Below, one piece after another: positions 10,826 through 21,488 of a stretch of 64,000 bases of DNA. This DNA is from an uncultured Methanoregulaceae archaeon (GTDB taxonomy: Archaea > Halobacteriota > Methanomicrobia > Methanomicrobiales > Methanospirillaceae): contig CAWJAX010000002.1 of the NCBI GenBank assembly GCA_963841015.1, positions 160,001-224,000 of the forward strand. Direction: 5' to 3'. The notes below the pieces were generated by a model. The model was not told where the DNA came from. It worked only from the letters and a program-made list of their open reading frames with translations, and made no database searches. The first letter of the stretch is position 1. The number at the start of each line of letters is the position of its first letter. The position numbers and the translations under genes were made by a program.

Positions 10826-10877
10826 TGCGAAACCTGCTATTAGTGGAAAGCATTTCCCCTGCTTGTGGAGGATATTG

Positions 10878-11402
10878 ATGACAGAATGGTTCATGATGGC
10901 GTCCTGGTCCCCCTACATCGTCGGTGCCGGGATCGGCATACTCATCTGGCTGGCGTTCCTGCTCTCTGACCGCCCGCTTGGTTGTTCGACAGCATATGCC
11001 AAAACGGCCGGTATGGCTGAGTCCGCAATCTCCCGTAAGAAGAGCGAAGTGATGCCGTACTATCAGAAGTTTACGCCGACAATCGATTGGCAGTGGATGC
11101 TCATCATCGGGGTGCTGATCGGAGCGTTCCTGTCTGCATACCTCTCCGGCACATTTACGCTCCTGATCGTGCCTCCTCTCTTTGCTGCGGAGTTCGGGAC
11201 GGACCCGATCTTCCGGTCCATTGTTGCCCTCCTTGGTGGCATGGTGATGGGGATTGGAGCCCGCTGGGCCGGAGGGTGTACATCCGGGCATGGGATATCC
11301 GGGACACTGCAGCTCTCGCTTGCGAGCTGGGTTGCGTCAATCTGCTTCTTTGCCGGCGGAATTCTGACCGCAGGACTCATCTATGGATTCTCATTCGTAT
11401 GA
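10878..11402 (+). CDS. YeeE/YedE thiosulfate/sulfur transporter family protein
   Basis: WSPYIVG, PLGCST, GARWAGGCTSGHG. Confidence 0.9.
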   Translation: MTEWFMMASWSPYIVGAGIGILIWLAFLLSDRPLGCSTAYAKTAGMAESAISRKKSEVMPYYQKFTPTIDWQWMLIIGVLIGAFLSAYLSGTFTLLIVPPLFAAEFGTDPIFRSIVALLGGMVMGIGARWAGGCTSGHGISGTLQLSLASWVASICFFAGGILTAGLIYGFSFV

Positions 11403-11410
11403 GGGGTGAA

Positions 11411-11971
11411 ATGATGGTATTTGAGCAGATCAGAATGGACAACCGGGTCCAGATTGTTCTCGGGCTTCTTACCGGCATCGTCTTTGGGTTCCTCCTGCAG
11501 AAAGGAGGGGTGACCGATTACGGGGTGATCATCGGCCAGCTCCTGCTCACCGACTTTACCGTCATAAAGATAATGCTCTCTGCTGTCCTAATCGGTATGA
11601 TCGGTGTCTATGCGATGAAGTCAGCCGGGCTGGTCCGGCTTCACTGCAGGGTGGGATCGGTCGGTGCAACTATAATCGGGGGGCTTATCTTCGGAGCGGG
11701 ATTTGCAATCCTCGGGTACTGCCCCGGGACCGCTGCCGGCGCGGTTGGATCGGGCGCGCTTGATGCAGCAATCGGAATGGTCGGCATCGCTCTTGGTGCC
11801 GGGATCTTCGCCCGGCTGTACCCGCGTCTCAACCGTTCGATCCTCAACTACGGGACCTTTCCGGCAGATACAATTCCGGAACTGGTAGGGATCCGTGCGG
11901 AGATTGTCGTGATAATTGTCGCGATTCTGATCGCTGGCTTCTTGTATATGCTCACCGTTTTGGGATTCTGA
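11411..11971 (+). CDS. YeeE/YedE family protein
   Basis: GIVFGFLLQKG, GGLIFGAGFAILGYCPGT. Confidence 0.9.
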   Translation: MMVFEQIRMDNRVQIVLGLLTGIVFGFLLQKGGVTDYGVIIGQLLLTDFTVIKIMLSAVLIGMIGVYAMKSAGLVRLHCRVGSVGATIIGGLIFGAGFAILGYCPGTAAGAVGSGALDAAIGMVGIALGAGIFARLYPRLNRSILNYGTFPADTIPELVGIRAEIVVIIVAILIAGFLYMLTVLGF

Positions 11972-12339
11972 TTGGTTCAATTCATGAGTGACTGGAGACC
12001 TCAGGATAAGCGATCCAATCCTTCTCATTTTTTTTCACTGTTTCGAAGATCGGGAACGCATCTCGTCTTGTGGACACTGAGGAACAGGACCGCAGCACTG
12101 ACGAATTCCCTGGAGACCCCGGTTTGTTCTGCAAGCCGGATCCTGGTTTGAAGTGCACTGCTTCCCGTCTTTATCAGATACAGACGTTCAGCGATTCAGG
12201 ACAGCACGACAACCCGCTTGAGCGAGTCGTAACATTTCAAAAGGAGAGTTGGCGTTCAAATCCTTAAAAAAGCACAAAATCAATGAAATACCTTCAAATT
12301 TTATTCAAAATCAAAAAAATAGCCTGATTTGAACCCAAA

Positions 12340-12379
12340 CCTCAGCCGGGCACCGGAACGTGATGTCCGATTCTGTCGT
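12340..12379. repeat. 40-bp direct repeat, copy 2
   Basis: cctcagccgggcaccggaacgtgatgtccgattctgtcgt. Confidence 0.85.
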
Positions 12380-12646
12380 ATCATACCTTTTTTGAAATTA
12401 TGTGGAATTATGAGAGTTAATTGTTGGGATGTGGTACGACCAGGGCTTGCCGCGGTGCTCCTGCGCCAGCGGCTGCTTCGGCCCGCTCCTCCCATACCGC
12501 TCTGCGGAATGTTCGTCGCTGTTGATCGTACTCCTATTGTCTATCCGGCGCAGACAATGCATATCACAGACAGAGGGTATGTTCGAGGACTAAGCTGAGT
12601 ATCGCTCGTTATCCTCTAAACCCCATTTACCGCACCTTGTATATCC

Positions 12647-12982
12647 TCAACCCTGGAGATTGAATTCTGCTGCTTCTTTTGAGAGAAAATAACCAAGAAT
12701 GGTCCGGATGACCACTACCACAGCGAGATTGATCAGCTCCTCCTGAGACGGAGTGGTAATTGTTGTCAGGATATCAGCTGCAATCAGAAATTCAAGACCA
12801 AACACGATCTTATCCGTCAGTTCCCGGCGGATTACATTATAAGTATACGAGCCCTTCCGGAACTCCAGAATAATGACTTTGACGATCGCTTTCAGACCGC
12901 CGTAGATGATGAGGACTGCCCCGGCAATTCCGAGGACAAGTGCAAAAAAATAGATGATCTCAAAGAATGCCGGAAATTGCAT
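12647..12982 (-). CDS. DUF1622 membrane protein
   Basis: IRRELTDKIVFGLEFLIAADILTTI..P...LAVVVVIRTILGYFL.KE. Confidence 0.88.
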   Translation of the reverse strand: MQFPAFFEIIYFFALVLGIAGAVLIIYGGLKAIVKVIILEFRKGSYTYNVIRRELTDKIVFGLEFLIAADILTTITTPSQEELINLAVVVVIRTILGYFLSKEAAEFNLQG

Positions 12983-13149
12983 ACACACTGACAGGTGCGG
13001 GGTACCTGATGAATTTTTGGATACAGTTCAGATTATCTGATGAAATTTATTAACAATGCTGACAGGTTGAAAACAGTGACAAAACCGCCCCCTTGAGGAA
13101 ACAGATGAGATAGATTTCAAACAGATAGAGGGTTTAAAAAGGGGGTATC

Positions 13150-14397
13150 CTACACCCATCCCCTGACCTTCATCGCTTCCACGACATGTTCCACGGCGAG
13201 GCTGTATGCGGCTCTCCTCAGGGAGATGTTGTTCTTAGTCGCCATTTCATACACTGCCCGGTACGTTTCAGTCATCGTTTTTTTGAGACGAGTGTCTACC
13301 GTTTCTTTGTCCCAGTGATCCATATTCAGGTTCTGGACCATCTCAAAATACGAAACAATGACCCCGCCCGCGTTACAGAGAAAATCGGGAATAATTGGTA
13401 TGCCCCGTGCGTGGAGATGATCGTTGGCTTCAGCGGTGATCGGGCCATTCCCGAACTCGGCAATGATTTTTGCCCTGATGCTGTCCATATTGTCGTGGGC
13501 AATAGCATTTTCAAGTGCTGCCGGAATGAGGATATCTGCGTCCAGCTCAAGGAGCTGTCTGTTGGTGATATCCTCGCCTGCTCCGGAGTTCCTGATTGAA
13601 CCTGTTTTCTTTTTATGATCCTTCAGTTTCAGAATATCAAGGCCGTCCCGGTTCAGGACCCCGCCCCGGCTGTCGCTCACGGCGATTATTCTGCAACCAC
13701 AGAGAGGATTTCCAAGCAACGCAGCATTTTCTCCTACATTCCCGAATCCCTGGATTGCAACGGTGGCTTTCCTGAGGTCAATGCCGAGGTCTTTTGCTGC
13801 CTCTTCGATGATATACCATCCACCCCGTGCGGTTGAGTCATCACGGCCCTCCGATCCGCCAATACTCATCGGTTTTCCGGTAACAACACCGAACGTGGTT
13901 TTACCCACATTATGGGAATATTCGTCCATCATCCATGCCATGGTCTGTGAATTTGTACCAACATCCGGCGCAGCAATATCACAATCCGGACCGATAAACC
14001 GGGCGATCTCCTGGATGTACGCCCGGCTCAGGCGTTCCATCTCACCTGCTGATAATTCCTTGGGATTACAGATCACTCCTCCTTTTGCGCCGCCCAGCGG
14101 GAGATGGTAGAGTGCACATTTCCAGGTCATGAGGGCTGCAAGAGCCCGGATTTCGTCAATAGTCACATCGGGATGAAACCGGATCCCGCCTTTGGTCGGG
14201 CCCCGGGCGTCGTTATACTGGACGCGGTATCCCTGAAATGCTCGTATGGTTCCATTATCCATACGGACGGGAATTGACGCATGATATTCCCGCACCGGCG
14301 TTTTTAAGAGTGCTTCCATATCAGACGAGAGTTTCATGTCGAGGGCACAGGCACATACATGCTTTTTAACCGTTTCAAAAAGATCTACATCCGCCAT
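13150..14397 (-). CDS. gdhA: Glu/Leu/Phe/Val dehydrogenase (glutamate dehydrogenase)
   Basis: GPTKGGIRFHP, GGAKGG, APDVGT, QGFGNVG, NAGGVIVSYFE. Confidence 0.93.
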   Translation of the reverse strand: MADVDLFETVKKHVCACALDMKLSSDMEALLKTPVREYHASIPVRMDNGTIRAFQGYRVQYNDARGPTKGGIRFHPDVTIDEIRALAALMTWKCALYHLPLGGAKGGVICNPKELSAGEMERLSRAYIQEIARFIGPDCDIAAPDVGTNSQTMAWMMDEYSHNVGKTTFGVVTGKPMSIGGSEGRDDSTARGGWYIIEEAAKDLGIDLRKATVAIQGFGNVGENAALLGNPLCGCRIIAVSDSRGGVLNRDGLDILKLKDHKKKTGSIRNSGAGEDITNRQLLELDADILIPAALENAIAHDNMDSIRAKIIAEFGNGPITAEANDHLHARGIPIIPDFLCNAGGVIVSYFEMVQNLNMDHWDKETVDTRLKKTMTETYRAVYEMATKNNISLRRAAYSLAVEHVVEAMKVRGWV

Positions 14398-14494
14398 ATT
14401 CGTCCGGTCCTATAATGGCTGTATATCCACGAAAACGGGTAAAAGGGTATCGATTATAACTGTTCCAGGCTCTCGTGCTGATATGCCGGTCTCT

Positions 14495-15130
14495 TTACCG
14501 GCCCAGCTGACGGAGGAAAGCGCTCTTATGGTTCTCGGATCCTCTCCGCAGGCTGGAATAAACCTGGGTGATGTCAGCCCTTGTTGTGTTGGCAAGTGCC
14601 TTGTCCAGGTCAGCAATATCCCGCACCTCGACAGCAAGCGAGGCCTCGAATGCACCGGTCCGGGAGGCATCTCCCTGTGCAGCAAGCGTTGTGTACAGCG
14701 ACTGGATGACCGGGTCGGTATACCCGGCCGATGCATTGCCGATCCGGTGGTCACCGAGGCCATACCTGTCGATGAGCAGCTGGACTTCGTTGTAGTGGGT
14801 GATCTCCGATGCAGCAATGTTGGAAAAGACTGGTACCGGATACATGCCGGCCCACCGGGCATACAGGTCGTGGGCAAGCTGCTCCTCTTCCCTCATGAAC
14901 AGGATATCAGCGATCTCAGCATCTGTCAGGGTCGTTGTATCTGACCGGGGCAAAAGAACCCCGGGATTCGTTCCCGGGCCGGTGCCCTGACCCTGGCCAG
15001 CCTGTTGTCCCTGCCCATATCCCGGCCGGGAGCTCTGTGCGGTACTCCCCATCCCGGACATGAATACAGCAATGATGACGATAACGACAATAATTACACC
15101 CCCAATCAGCAACCAGCTGGACTTCTCCAT
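14495..15130 (-). CDS. DUF2202 ferritin-like protein with N-terminal membrane anchor
   Basis: MREEEQLAHDLY, NIAASEITHY, EVRDIADL, GSENHKSAF. Confidence 0.85.
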   Translation of the reverse strand: MEKSSWLLIGGVIIVVIVIIAVFMSGMGSTAQSSRPGYGQGQQAGQGQGTGPGTNPGVLLPRSDTTTLTDAEIADILFMREEEQLAHDLYARWAGMYPVPVFSNIAASEITHYNEVQLLIDRYGLGDHRIGNASAGYTDPVIQSLYTTLAAQGDASRTGAFEASLAVEVRDIADLDKALANTTRADITQVYSSLRRGSENHKSAFLRQLGR

Positions 15131-15435
15131 GATGATATCACCAGTGAGTGCATGAGATAGAGCGATATATAAGGATTGGTTTTGCAAGAATCAGAACAGA
15201 CCGTTGAGATCGGGGTAGTGTAATCAGTTGATTACGAAGGACGCCTTTCAAGGAACATAAATGTTCCCTCCATTCCCCGCATTAAAACGCCCCGTTTGCT
15301 CTATACTTCTTCCAGCATCCTTTGTTTCCCGGAAATTCCTGGTTATAATAAAAGACCTTACTCCCGTATGTCCCATAGGAGTATGTCAAAGGGCCCCGCG
15401 ACAAGAAAACAAAAAACGAACAAGGAGAAAAAAAC

Positions 15436-15939
15436 ATGGCAGATTTTGTGCAGAATTCACAGACCAAAAATGCGGTTCGCATGCTTGCGAGCCCGATTGC
15501 AGACGTAACGGCGTTCAACTCGATTGTCCAGTCGGTCATCACCGACAACCCGTTTGCCTGTGTAGCCTATATGACCGCCGGGATAAACCACGACCCGGTA
15601 GAAAAGACCCGGGAAGCGTACACCGCACGGATCAACTACGAGGACGGGAATGCAAAGAACGTCGGTAACTGTTCCCACCGCTTCAACACACTCGCAGGGT
15701 TCAGCGCCGGGGTAACCGCGTTGCTGGCAGCCGCGGCAGTCACCACGGCACATGCCGGTACCGCAGTCCACGACCCGGCGGATGATGCATTCAGTGCAAC
15801 CCTCAGGTGCCACGATGCCAATGGCGAACTCTACCTGCTGAACTTCAGCCGTGACCGGGTTTCCCTCACGTCCTACTCGGACGAGGCCATCCGCACCGCG
15901 GTCGAGACCTGGGCGGACACCGTCCCGGCTCTTGCCTGA
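15436..15939 (+). CDS. Hypothetical protein (MADFVQ... family of Methanomicrobiales)
   Basis: 167 aa with a good SD (aggag) and strong codon bias; followed by a hairpin terminator. Confidence 0.8.
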   Translation: MADFVQNSQTKNAVRMLASPIADVTAFNSIVQSVITDNPFACVAYMTAGINHDPVEKTREAYTARINYEDGNAKNVGNCSHRFNTLAGFSAGVTALLAAAAVTTAHAGTAVHDPADDAFSATLRCHDANGELYLLNFSRDRVSLTSYSDEAIRTAVETWADTVPALA

Positions 15940-15966
15940 GCATACCAGAGACGACACGACCCTGAG

Positions 15967-16000
15967 GAGAGGAGACCCGGTCTACCGTCTCCTCTCTTTT
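15967..16000 (+). terminator. 10-bp stem hairpin followed by a T-tract
   Basis: GAGAGGAGAC-N10-GTCTCCTCTC-TTTT. Confidence 0.7.
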
Positions 16001-16036
16001 GTGGTCCTCTCGTTTCGGTACCTGGAGAGGACCGTT

Positions 16037-16201
16037 ATGGAAACCGAAGTTGCGGGAATCATCCTGGGGGCAGTGCTGCCCCTCTACCCGATGTTGTTTG
16101 TCATCTACCAGAAGATTGGCAGATATGACGAGATTGTTGAGGAGTTCAAAAAACTCCGGGCCGAACACGATGCCCACCGGGAGAATTTTCATGGAAACTA
16201 A
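16037..16201 (+). CDS. Small single-TM, coiled-coil protein
   Basis: METEVAGIILGAVLPLYPMLFVIYQKIGRYDEIVEEFKKLRAEH...; SD ggagagg. Confidence 0.6.
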   Translation: METEVAGIILGAVLPLYPMLFVIYQKIGRYDEIVEEFKKLRAEHDAHRENFHGN

Positions 16202-16666
16202 GATCATATCCCCCGCCGTTGCGCAGGTTATCGGCATATTCCGGGGAAAAGACGGCGGGTTTGAACCGCTCGGTCGCGATACACCGCTTACGGCCGATGA
16301 GGTAAGCCGTAACCCGATCTTCTATATCCTTGACCTGAACAGCGACACCTGCAGCGGGAACCTGATCATCGATGTGACCTACGATAACCTTTCACCCGTA
16401 CGGTTGCAGGACCTGCGGCGGGGGACCGATATCCCCCATGGGGTCCGGTTCTGGCCGGACTGGTTCGATATTCCACCCTATGAGGAGATGCATGACATTG
16501 ATGGCCGCCGGGTATATCCCCGGGCACCGGGTCTCCACACGGTGCAGATCCGGACCGCCGGCGGAAGTTTGCGCAGATGGGACGGGCACGGGACTTCAGC
16601 CCGGAGAATGGCGGGTACACCAGCCCGGTGTTTGAGCTATGGATTGGAGGGAGATACGGTGTTTGA
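16191..16666 (+). CDS. Hypothetical protein, frameshifted near 16560
   Basis: METKIISP...HTVQIRTA continues in another frame as RKFAQMGRARDFSPENGGYTSPVFELWIGGRYGV*. Confidence 0.55.
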
Positions 16667-17247
16667 GAACGAGGTGCTGACACGGTGTGCAATCGCCGGG
16701 ACGGGGATGGTGCTCGGGCTTATTGGTGTGCTGGCACATCTTCCCCTTCTTTTTCTCATCCTGCCGGTTGCAGTGGTCTTCCTGGGCATCGTTGCAGACC
16801 CCGAAGAGACCCATGCCGTGTGGTACGGGATGCTGAATACGCTCGGCATCTTTGATGTGTCTGCACTCTCACGCTGCGGAGAAGGGTGAACTATATCCAG
16901 AAAAAGCATTACTTCTGGTTCGGCGAGGTGGGGATGGCGGGTGTACTGGCAGGAAGTTTGCGGTCCCGCTGGGGCTCTTCTTTGCAGGGCAGACCGAGAT
17001 CACGCTGGCATTCATCAGTGCTGCAGTGCTGTTCCTGCCGCTCTTCGTGTTCCTGCCCAAGGCTGATCCAGCGGAGCGATGAAGGCGGATACGGATGCTG
17101 GTGATCGAGGCGTTCGGCAAGAACGGGCAGGTAAAAAAGGTGTTCTGGGCCGTGTTCACCGCCTTGGCCGGGCTGGTAGTGGCACGGATCATCGACCCGG
17201 GGACCGCCCGCCAGGTTGTATTGGCTCTTACGGGGATAGGCGTGTAA
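16659..17247 (+). pseudogene. Multi-TM hypothetical membrane protein broken by several frameshifts
   Basis: Hydrophobic segments continue across three frames (FENEVLTRC..., HYFWFGEVG..., FAVPLGLFF..., VIEAFGKNGQVKKVFWAVF...GIGV*). Confidence 0.5.
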
Positions 17248-17425
17248 GCGACAACCGGACAGTTCTTGTCCTGGTGGGGGATATGCGGATCTCCGGTTCA
17301 TGCCTGCCCATAGCGGTACACGCATCCTGGCAGACCCGCCATTCCCCGCACGGGATTACGGAAGATCAGTCGCACGCCCAAAAAAAAGACAAAATTACCG
17401 GGATACCCGCGGTGCTTTCAAACGC

Positions 17426-17638
17426 TCACTTCTTTTCCAGTGCCTGCCGGATCATCTTTAAGGTCTCAACTTTGTGCTTCTTGTACCCGATCTTGAACTC
17501 TTTGTGCATGATCCGCTCATCGAGCTTGCGCATTACTATTGCCTTTCTTGTTGCTTCGTCGAGGGATTCCCACGCGGCCATCTCAGCCCATTTGGCCTGA
17601 CCCATATGCATTTCAATTTTTGAATCTTCCATTATCAT
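17426..17638 (-). CDS. Small helical hypothetical protein
   Basis: 70 aa, SD aggag upstream. Confidence 0.7.
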   Translation of the reverse strand: MIMEDSKIEMHMGQAKWAEMAAWESLDEATRKAIVMRKLDERIMHKEFKIGYKKHKVETLKMIRQALEKK

Positions 17639-18082
17639 TTCGTGTAACTCCTTTTGGTGTATGGTGTTCTCATGGTTCTTTTTAAAATTCGGGTATTTCC
17701 GACGATGAAATGAAGAGGTATAGATATGTCTGACTCCTCCACGCTGACTCTTGACAAAATGGGGTGTACCAACTCATCGCATCACTCCAGAGAACTAGAT
17801 TATCTCTTCAGCAACGAACTCATATCAACATTACCAGGTGATGCAGATTTTGTTACAAAATCTGAAACGTATAACCAATGAAGTGCCTCAGACCGCGGAA
17901 ACACGCTGGTAGTGGGATCTGAGAATTATTATCGTATCCTTATCGGGCAATACCGGATCGGGTGCCCGGATACCGGAGCAGTTTTATAGCATAATGGGAT
18001 ATTACCAGAAAGGATTTCCCGATCATACGATATCCAAAAAAATAAGGAGTGGGGTATTATCCGGATAGTCACAGGAATCCCG

Positions 18083-18674
18083 GTGGGGGATACGCAGAAA
18101 CAACGGGATCTGATAGCCAGTCAGTGGGTGAAACTCAAAGAACCCAAAAATATGATGACCGCCATTCTCGCATCAGTTCCCTTCATGGCACTCAATACCA
18201 CGATCACCTTGTTGATCGCAGGTATGTTCGTGCCAGTCTCTCCCGAATACTGTGGAATAGACGGAACCACATTCTCGTTTCAGACAGACCTGCTTGCACC
18301 TGTTGCTTGGCGTAGTGGGAATACTTGTTGCCCACGAACTGATTCATGTACTCTGTATACCGGATTTTATCCGTTCAGATACTACCTGTATCGGAATAAC
18401 GTTTGGTGGCGGATTTGTGTATACGGAAGAACCCTTGACCCGGACACGCTTTATCATCATCAGCTTCGCACCGTTTATCGCCATTTCCCTCATCCTGCCC
18501 TTTATTCTGGGCATGCTGCATCTTCTCTCTCCGTTAATACTTGGTCTCATGGTATTGAACTCCCTGGGATCTTCAGTGGATATGTTGATCGCACTGCTTG
18601 TGCTTCTGCAGGTCCCCTCGAGAGCACATCTTGTTGCAAACGGCAGGGATACGTATTGGAAACCTGATGGATGA
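18083..18674 (+). CDS. DUF3267 putative zincin-type membrane metalloprotease; frameshift near 18300
   Basis: HELIH motif, TRFIIISFAPF, NSLGSSVD; the N-terminal half is in a different frame. Start uncertain. Confidence 0.75.
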
Positions 18675-18946
18675 GGTGGGAGTCGGGCTCGTTAAAAAGA
18701 GCGGTCAGGAAAAAATTTCGATACCCTCCTTACTGCCAATGAAGTAAATCTGAGGGCCTGAAAGATCCCTCTTATAATATCCATTCTTTAAGATTTCTGT
18801 CTGGAAATGAACTACTCATCCTTGTTTGACGATAATCAGCACGGATATTGACCATGTTCAGGTTTCGTTTTGTGACCTATGGTTCAAAAACGTAACAGAT
18901 ACGCTCATATGGTTCTGCTTTGAACCTTGAAGACGGAACACCTCAC

Positions 18947-19090
18947 ATGTACGCAATCGAAGCACAGAATCTCCGCAAGTCATTTGGGGACGTCATAGCG
19001 GTAGATGACGTCAGTATTGCCATTGAGGAAGGCGGTATCTTCGGGTTCCTCGGCCCGAACGGAGAATTTTTAAGAGCTCGATGCCGTTGA
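18947..19090 (+). pseudogene. Truncated ABC transporter ATP-binding gene (N-terminal fragment)
   Basis: MYAIEAQNLRKSFGDVIAVDDVSIAIEEGGIFGFLGPNG then breaks inside Walker A. Confidence 0.8.
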
Positions 19091-19493
19091 TCTCCGGCAT
19101 ATCATAATCCACAATAATTGCATCAAAGGATTTTTCAAGCAGAATCTTAAGTGCTTCGGTTGCTGATTGACCTGAAACATATGCGGAAATTGGCGAAACG
19201 CCGACAGACCACGAATATGAGATTGCCTATAGAAAATACGAGTAGGTTTTCATGATTAAGCAGAGTAATCTGCTCTGTTTCTTATTCATTGTTGAATATC
19301 CAATGAGACAATTTTCAGTTTCCATCATTTTTAAAAAATCAGTATGGATGAAATGGAAACCTTTCTTTGTTGTGTTCTTCAACAGGGTCCTGTTGCATTA
19401 ACTGGACGAGCTTGCCGATTACTACACCGTTTCCTGCACCGTCTGCGATATCTGCTCTTGAAAGGGAATTAACGAATTTTTGAAAAGTAAATA

Positions 19494-20252
19494 TTACTGG
19501 TAGAAAGGAGGTTTGTAAGTCTCCTCACCATTGGCGTTACCGATAGTTCTCCCCGTGTAATACCGGAAGGACTGTACCATGTTCTCATAGGTGGCCTGGC
19601 TAAGTGTACCGTCGGGGGTCATCGTGTAAATCATTACCGGAATATACCCCTTCTCATTTGCCGAGGCCTTGTTACCGACCAAGATTACGGTCTTGGCCGG
19701 AGTTCCGGAATAGGGATCGCTCTTGGCATCAAACCGGACATAGGTGATCCCGTTATAGGTGACGGTAGATTCATCGAATACTGCAACGGAACTACGGATG
19801 ATATTCCGGATATTCTGGTCCACGCTGAGTGAAGTGGAGTAAGAGAAGATGGTCAGTGAGTCGGCAAGCTCGGTATAGTTGCCACTGTTGTCGTTAATGG
19901 TCCCGTTGGCCCCGCCAGTGGCCGGGTTGAAGACAGTTGTTTTATAGAGGATGTTGTTTTCGGACGTCGTCGCACGGATGGTTGTGCCAGCATACCCGTC
20001 CGGTGCGGAGATAGTAAAGAGAAGAGGTGTATCCTTGATGCTCTTCGGAAGGGGAACGGCGGGTGCTGTCGTTGTCGGCAGGGGAGTCATCGCTGTTGGT
20101 ACTGGAGTTGAAACAGTGGTCAGGCGTTCGGTTGGGACAGTCGTCGGCACCGGTGAAGGGGTCGGCTGGGGCTGGATGGTCTGGGTGCACCCGGCAATAT
20201 ACATTACTGCTATGACCACCAGAAAAAGGATAAAAATTGTTTTGTTTTTCAT
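19494..20252 (-). CDS. Secreted/lipoprotein-like hypothetical protein with Pro/Thr linker
   Basis: Signal peptide ending IAGC, PT-rich linker. Confidence 0.8.
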   Translation of the reverse strand: MKNKTIFILFLVVIAVMYIAGCTQTIQPQPTPSPVPTTVPTERLTTVSTPVPTAMTPLPTTTAPAVPLPKSIKDTPLLFTISAPDGYAGTTIRATTSENNILYKTTVFNPATGGANGTINDNSGNYTELADSLTIFSYSTSLSVDQNIRNIIRSSVAVFDESTVTYNGITYVRFDAKSDPYSGTPAKTVILVGNKASANEKGYIPVMIYTMTPDGTLSQATYENMVQSFRYYTGRTIGNANGEETYKPPFYQ

Positions 20253-20515
20253 AGTAACACCATAATAGGCTGTGTTGAATACATGGGGGAAATCTGATAA
20301 TTCTTTTGATAGTTTTCAATTTTTGGAAACAGATGGGATAAACCGGGATAATCAGGCTGTTGTACATTTTTCCGTTGATGAAGCGTATGAACCAAACCCG
20401 CATCATCACCCTGCCACAATCAGACTGACAAAAAAAAGTATTGCGGGTACAGCCATTTCTTTGTTTGTTTATCTGACAATCCCAACATAATTTGTTTTCC
20501 AGGTACAGGAACGTC

Positions 20516-20890
20516 TCACTTCTGGACTTTAACTAAATCTCTCTTAATCGCCATTTTTTTGATCTTTTCACTGATATTTTCGCTGTTTTCCATGCGATGC
20601 CATTCCTCGTTGCTCATTCCCATAAAAAAATCGCATTCCGAACATTTTATCCAGGCTTCGTAATGATCCGGGAATTCTGCGTGAAGTGCCGGTTTTCCAC
20701 ACTGAGGGCATACTAGTGTTTTCCCCTTGATCGAAACCGTAACCTTGGTCTCACGGTCATGGGGTTCGATCTTTCCCTCACCGGGAACTGGCTTTGGGTC
20801 ACGGGTTTTTGCATCCGCTGATCCGTGGTGGGGCGCTACGCTGCCGTCACCGCGGGCTATCCTTTCCTGTACTTTTAATTTGTCCGTCAT
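20516..20890 (-). CDS. Zinc-ribbon hypothetical protein (paralog of 56776-57145)
   Basis: CPQCG...CSECDFFMGMSNEEWHRMENS. Confidence 0.8.
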   Translation of the reverse strand: MTDKLKVQERIARGDGSVAPHHGSADAKTRDPKPVPGEGKIEPHDRETKVTVSIKGKTLVCPQCGKPALHAEFPDHYEAWIKCSECDFFMGMSNEEWHRMENSENISEKIKKMAIKRDLVKVQK

Positions 20891-21122
20891 AGTTGTTCAC
20901 TGGTTAAGCATCCGCTTTGCCAGCACCCAGGCAAGATGTGCCTTGAAGTCATCTGGGTGCATGGTTCCGGTCTGGCGGGTTCTGCCATGGGGTTTATCCG
21001 TAACGACCTCGTTTTCCCATTATCACCGGCCGGTAATAGAAATCATCAATCCCCTCGTGAGTTCTCAGCAATAAAGCAGGTGTTAAAACGGGTAGTTTAC
21101 AAAAAAAAGAAATTCCTGAACC

Positions 21123-21488
21123 TCACCGGTTTTCCGGGGAAAGTATACTGCCAATGTATTTCTGTATATAGCCGATGACAAATGGTGCCACAAGTGGTAT
21201 AATCATCGCCTGCATTTCATGCCCGAGACCTGGATGGCTTCGTTCCTCTTTTTGTCCAGCACAAGCACCAGGTGATGTCATCCGTGTAATAATTACATAA
21301 GCGGCTATTCCTCCAATAATCGCAGTAGCCGCTGCTGCAAACGGGTGCCTCCTGATCGTCCCGCCAACAGATCCGAGAGCACGGGAAGGTGCCTGGACAA
21401 CAGACTCTTTCAGCCGGCCGTAGGATTCGGCGATTAATGCTTCTGTTACAAGGAGGTCCTCTTCGGTAATCGATCTACGGTTTTTCAT
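21123..21488 (-). CDS. Hypothetical membrane protein, YqjK-like position
   Basis: RRHPFAAAATAIIGG TM segment; overlaps the upstream ORF. Confidence 0.7.
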   Translation of the reverse strand: MKNRRSITEEDLLVTEALIAESYGRLKESVVQAPSRALGSVGGTIRRHPFAAAATAIIGGIAAYVIITRMTSPGACAGQKEERSHPGLGHEMQAMIIPLVAPFVIGYIQKYIGSILSPENR

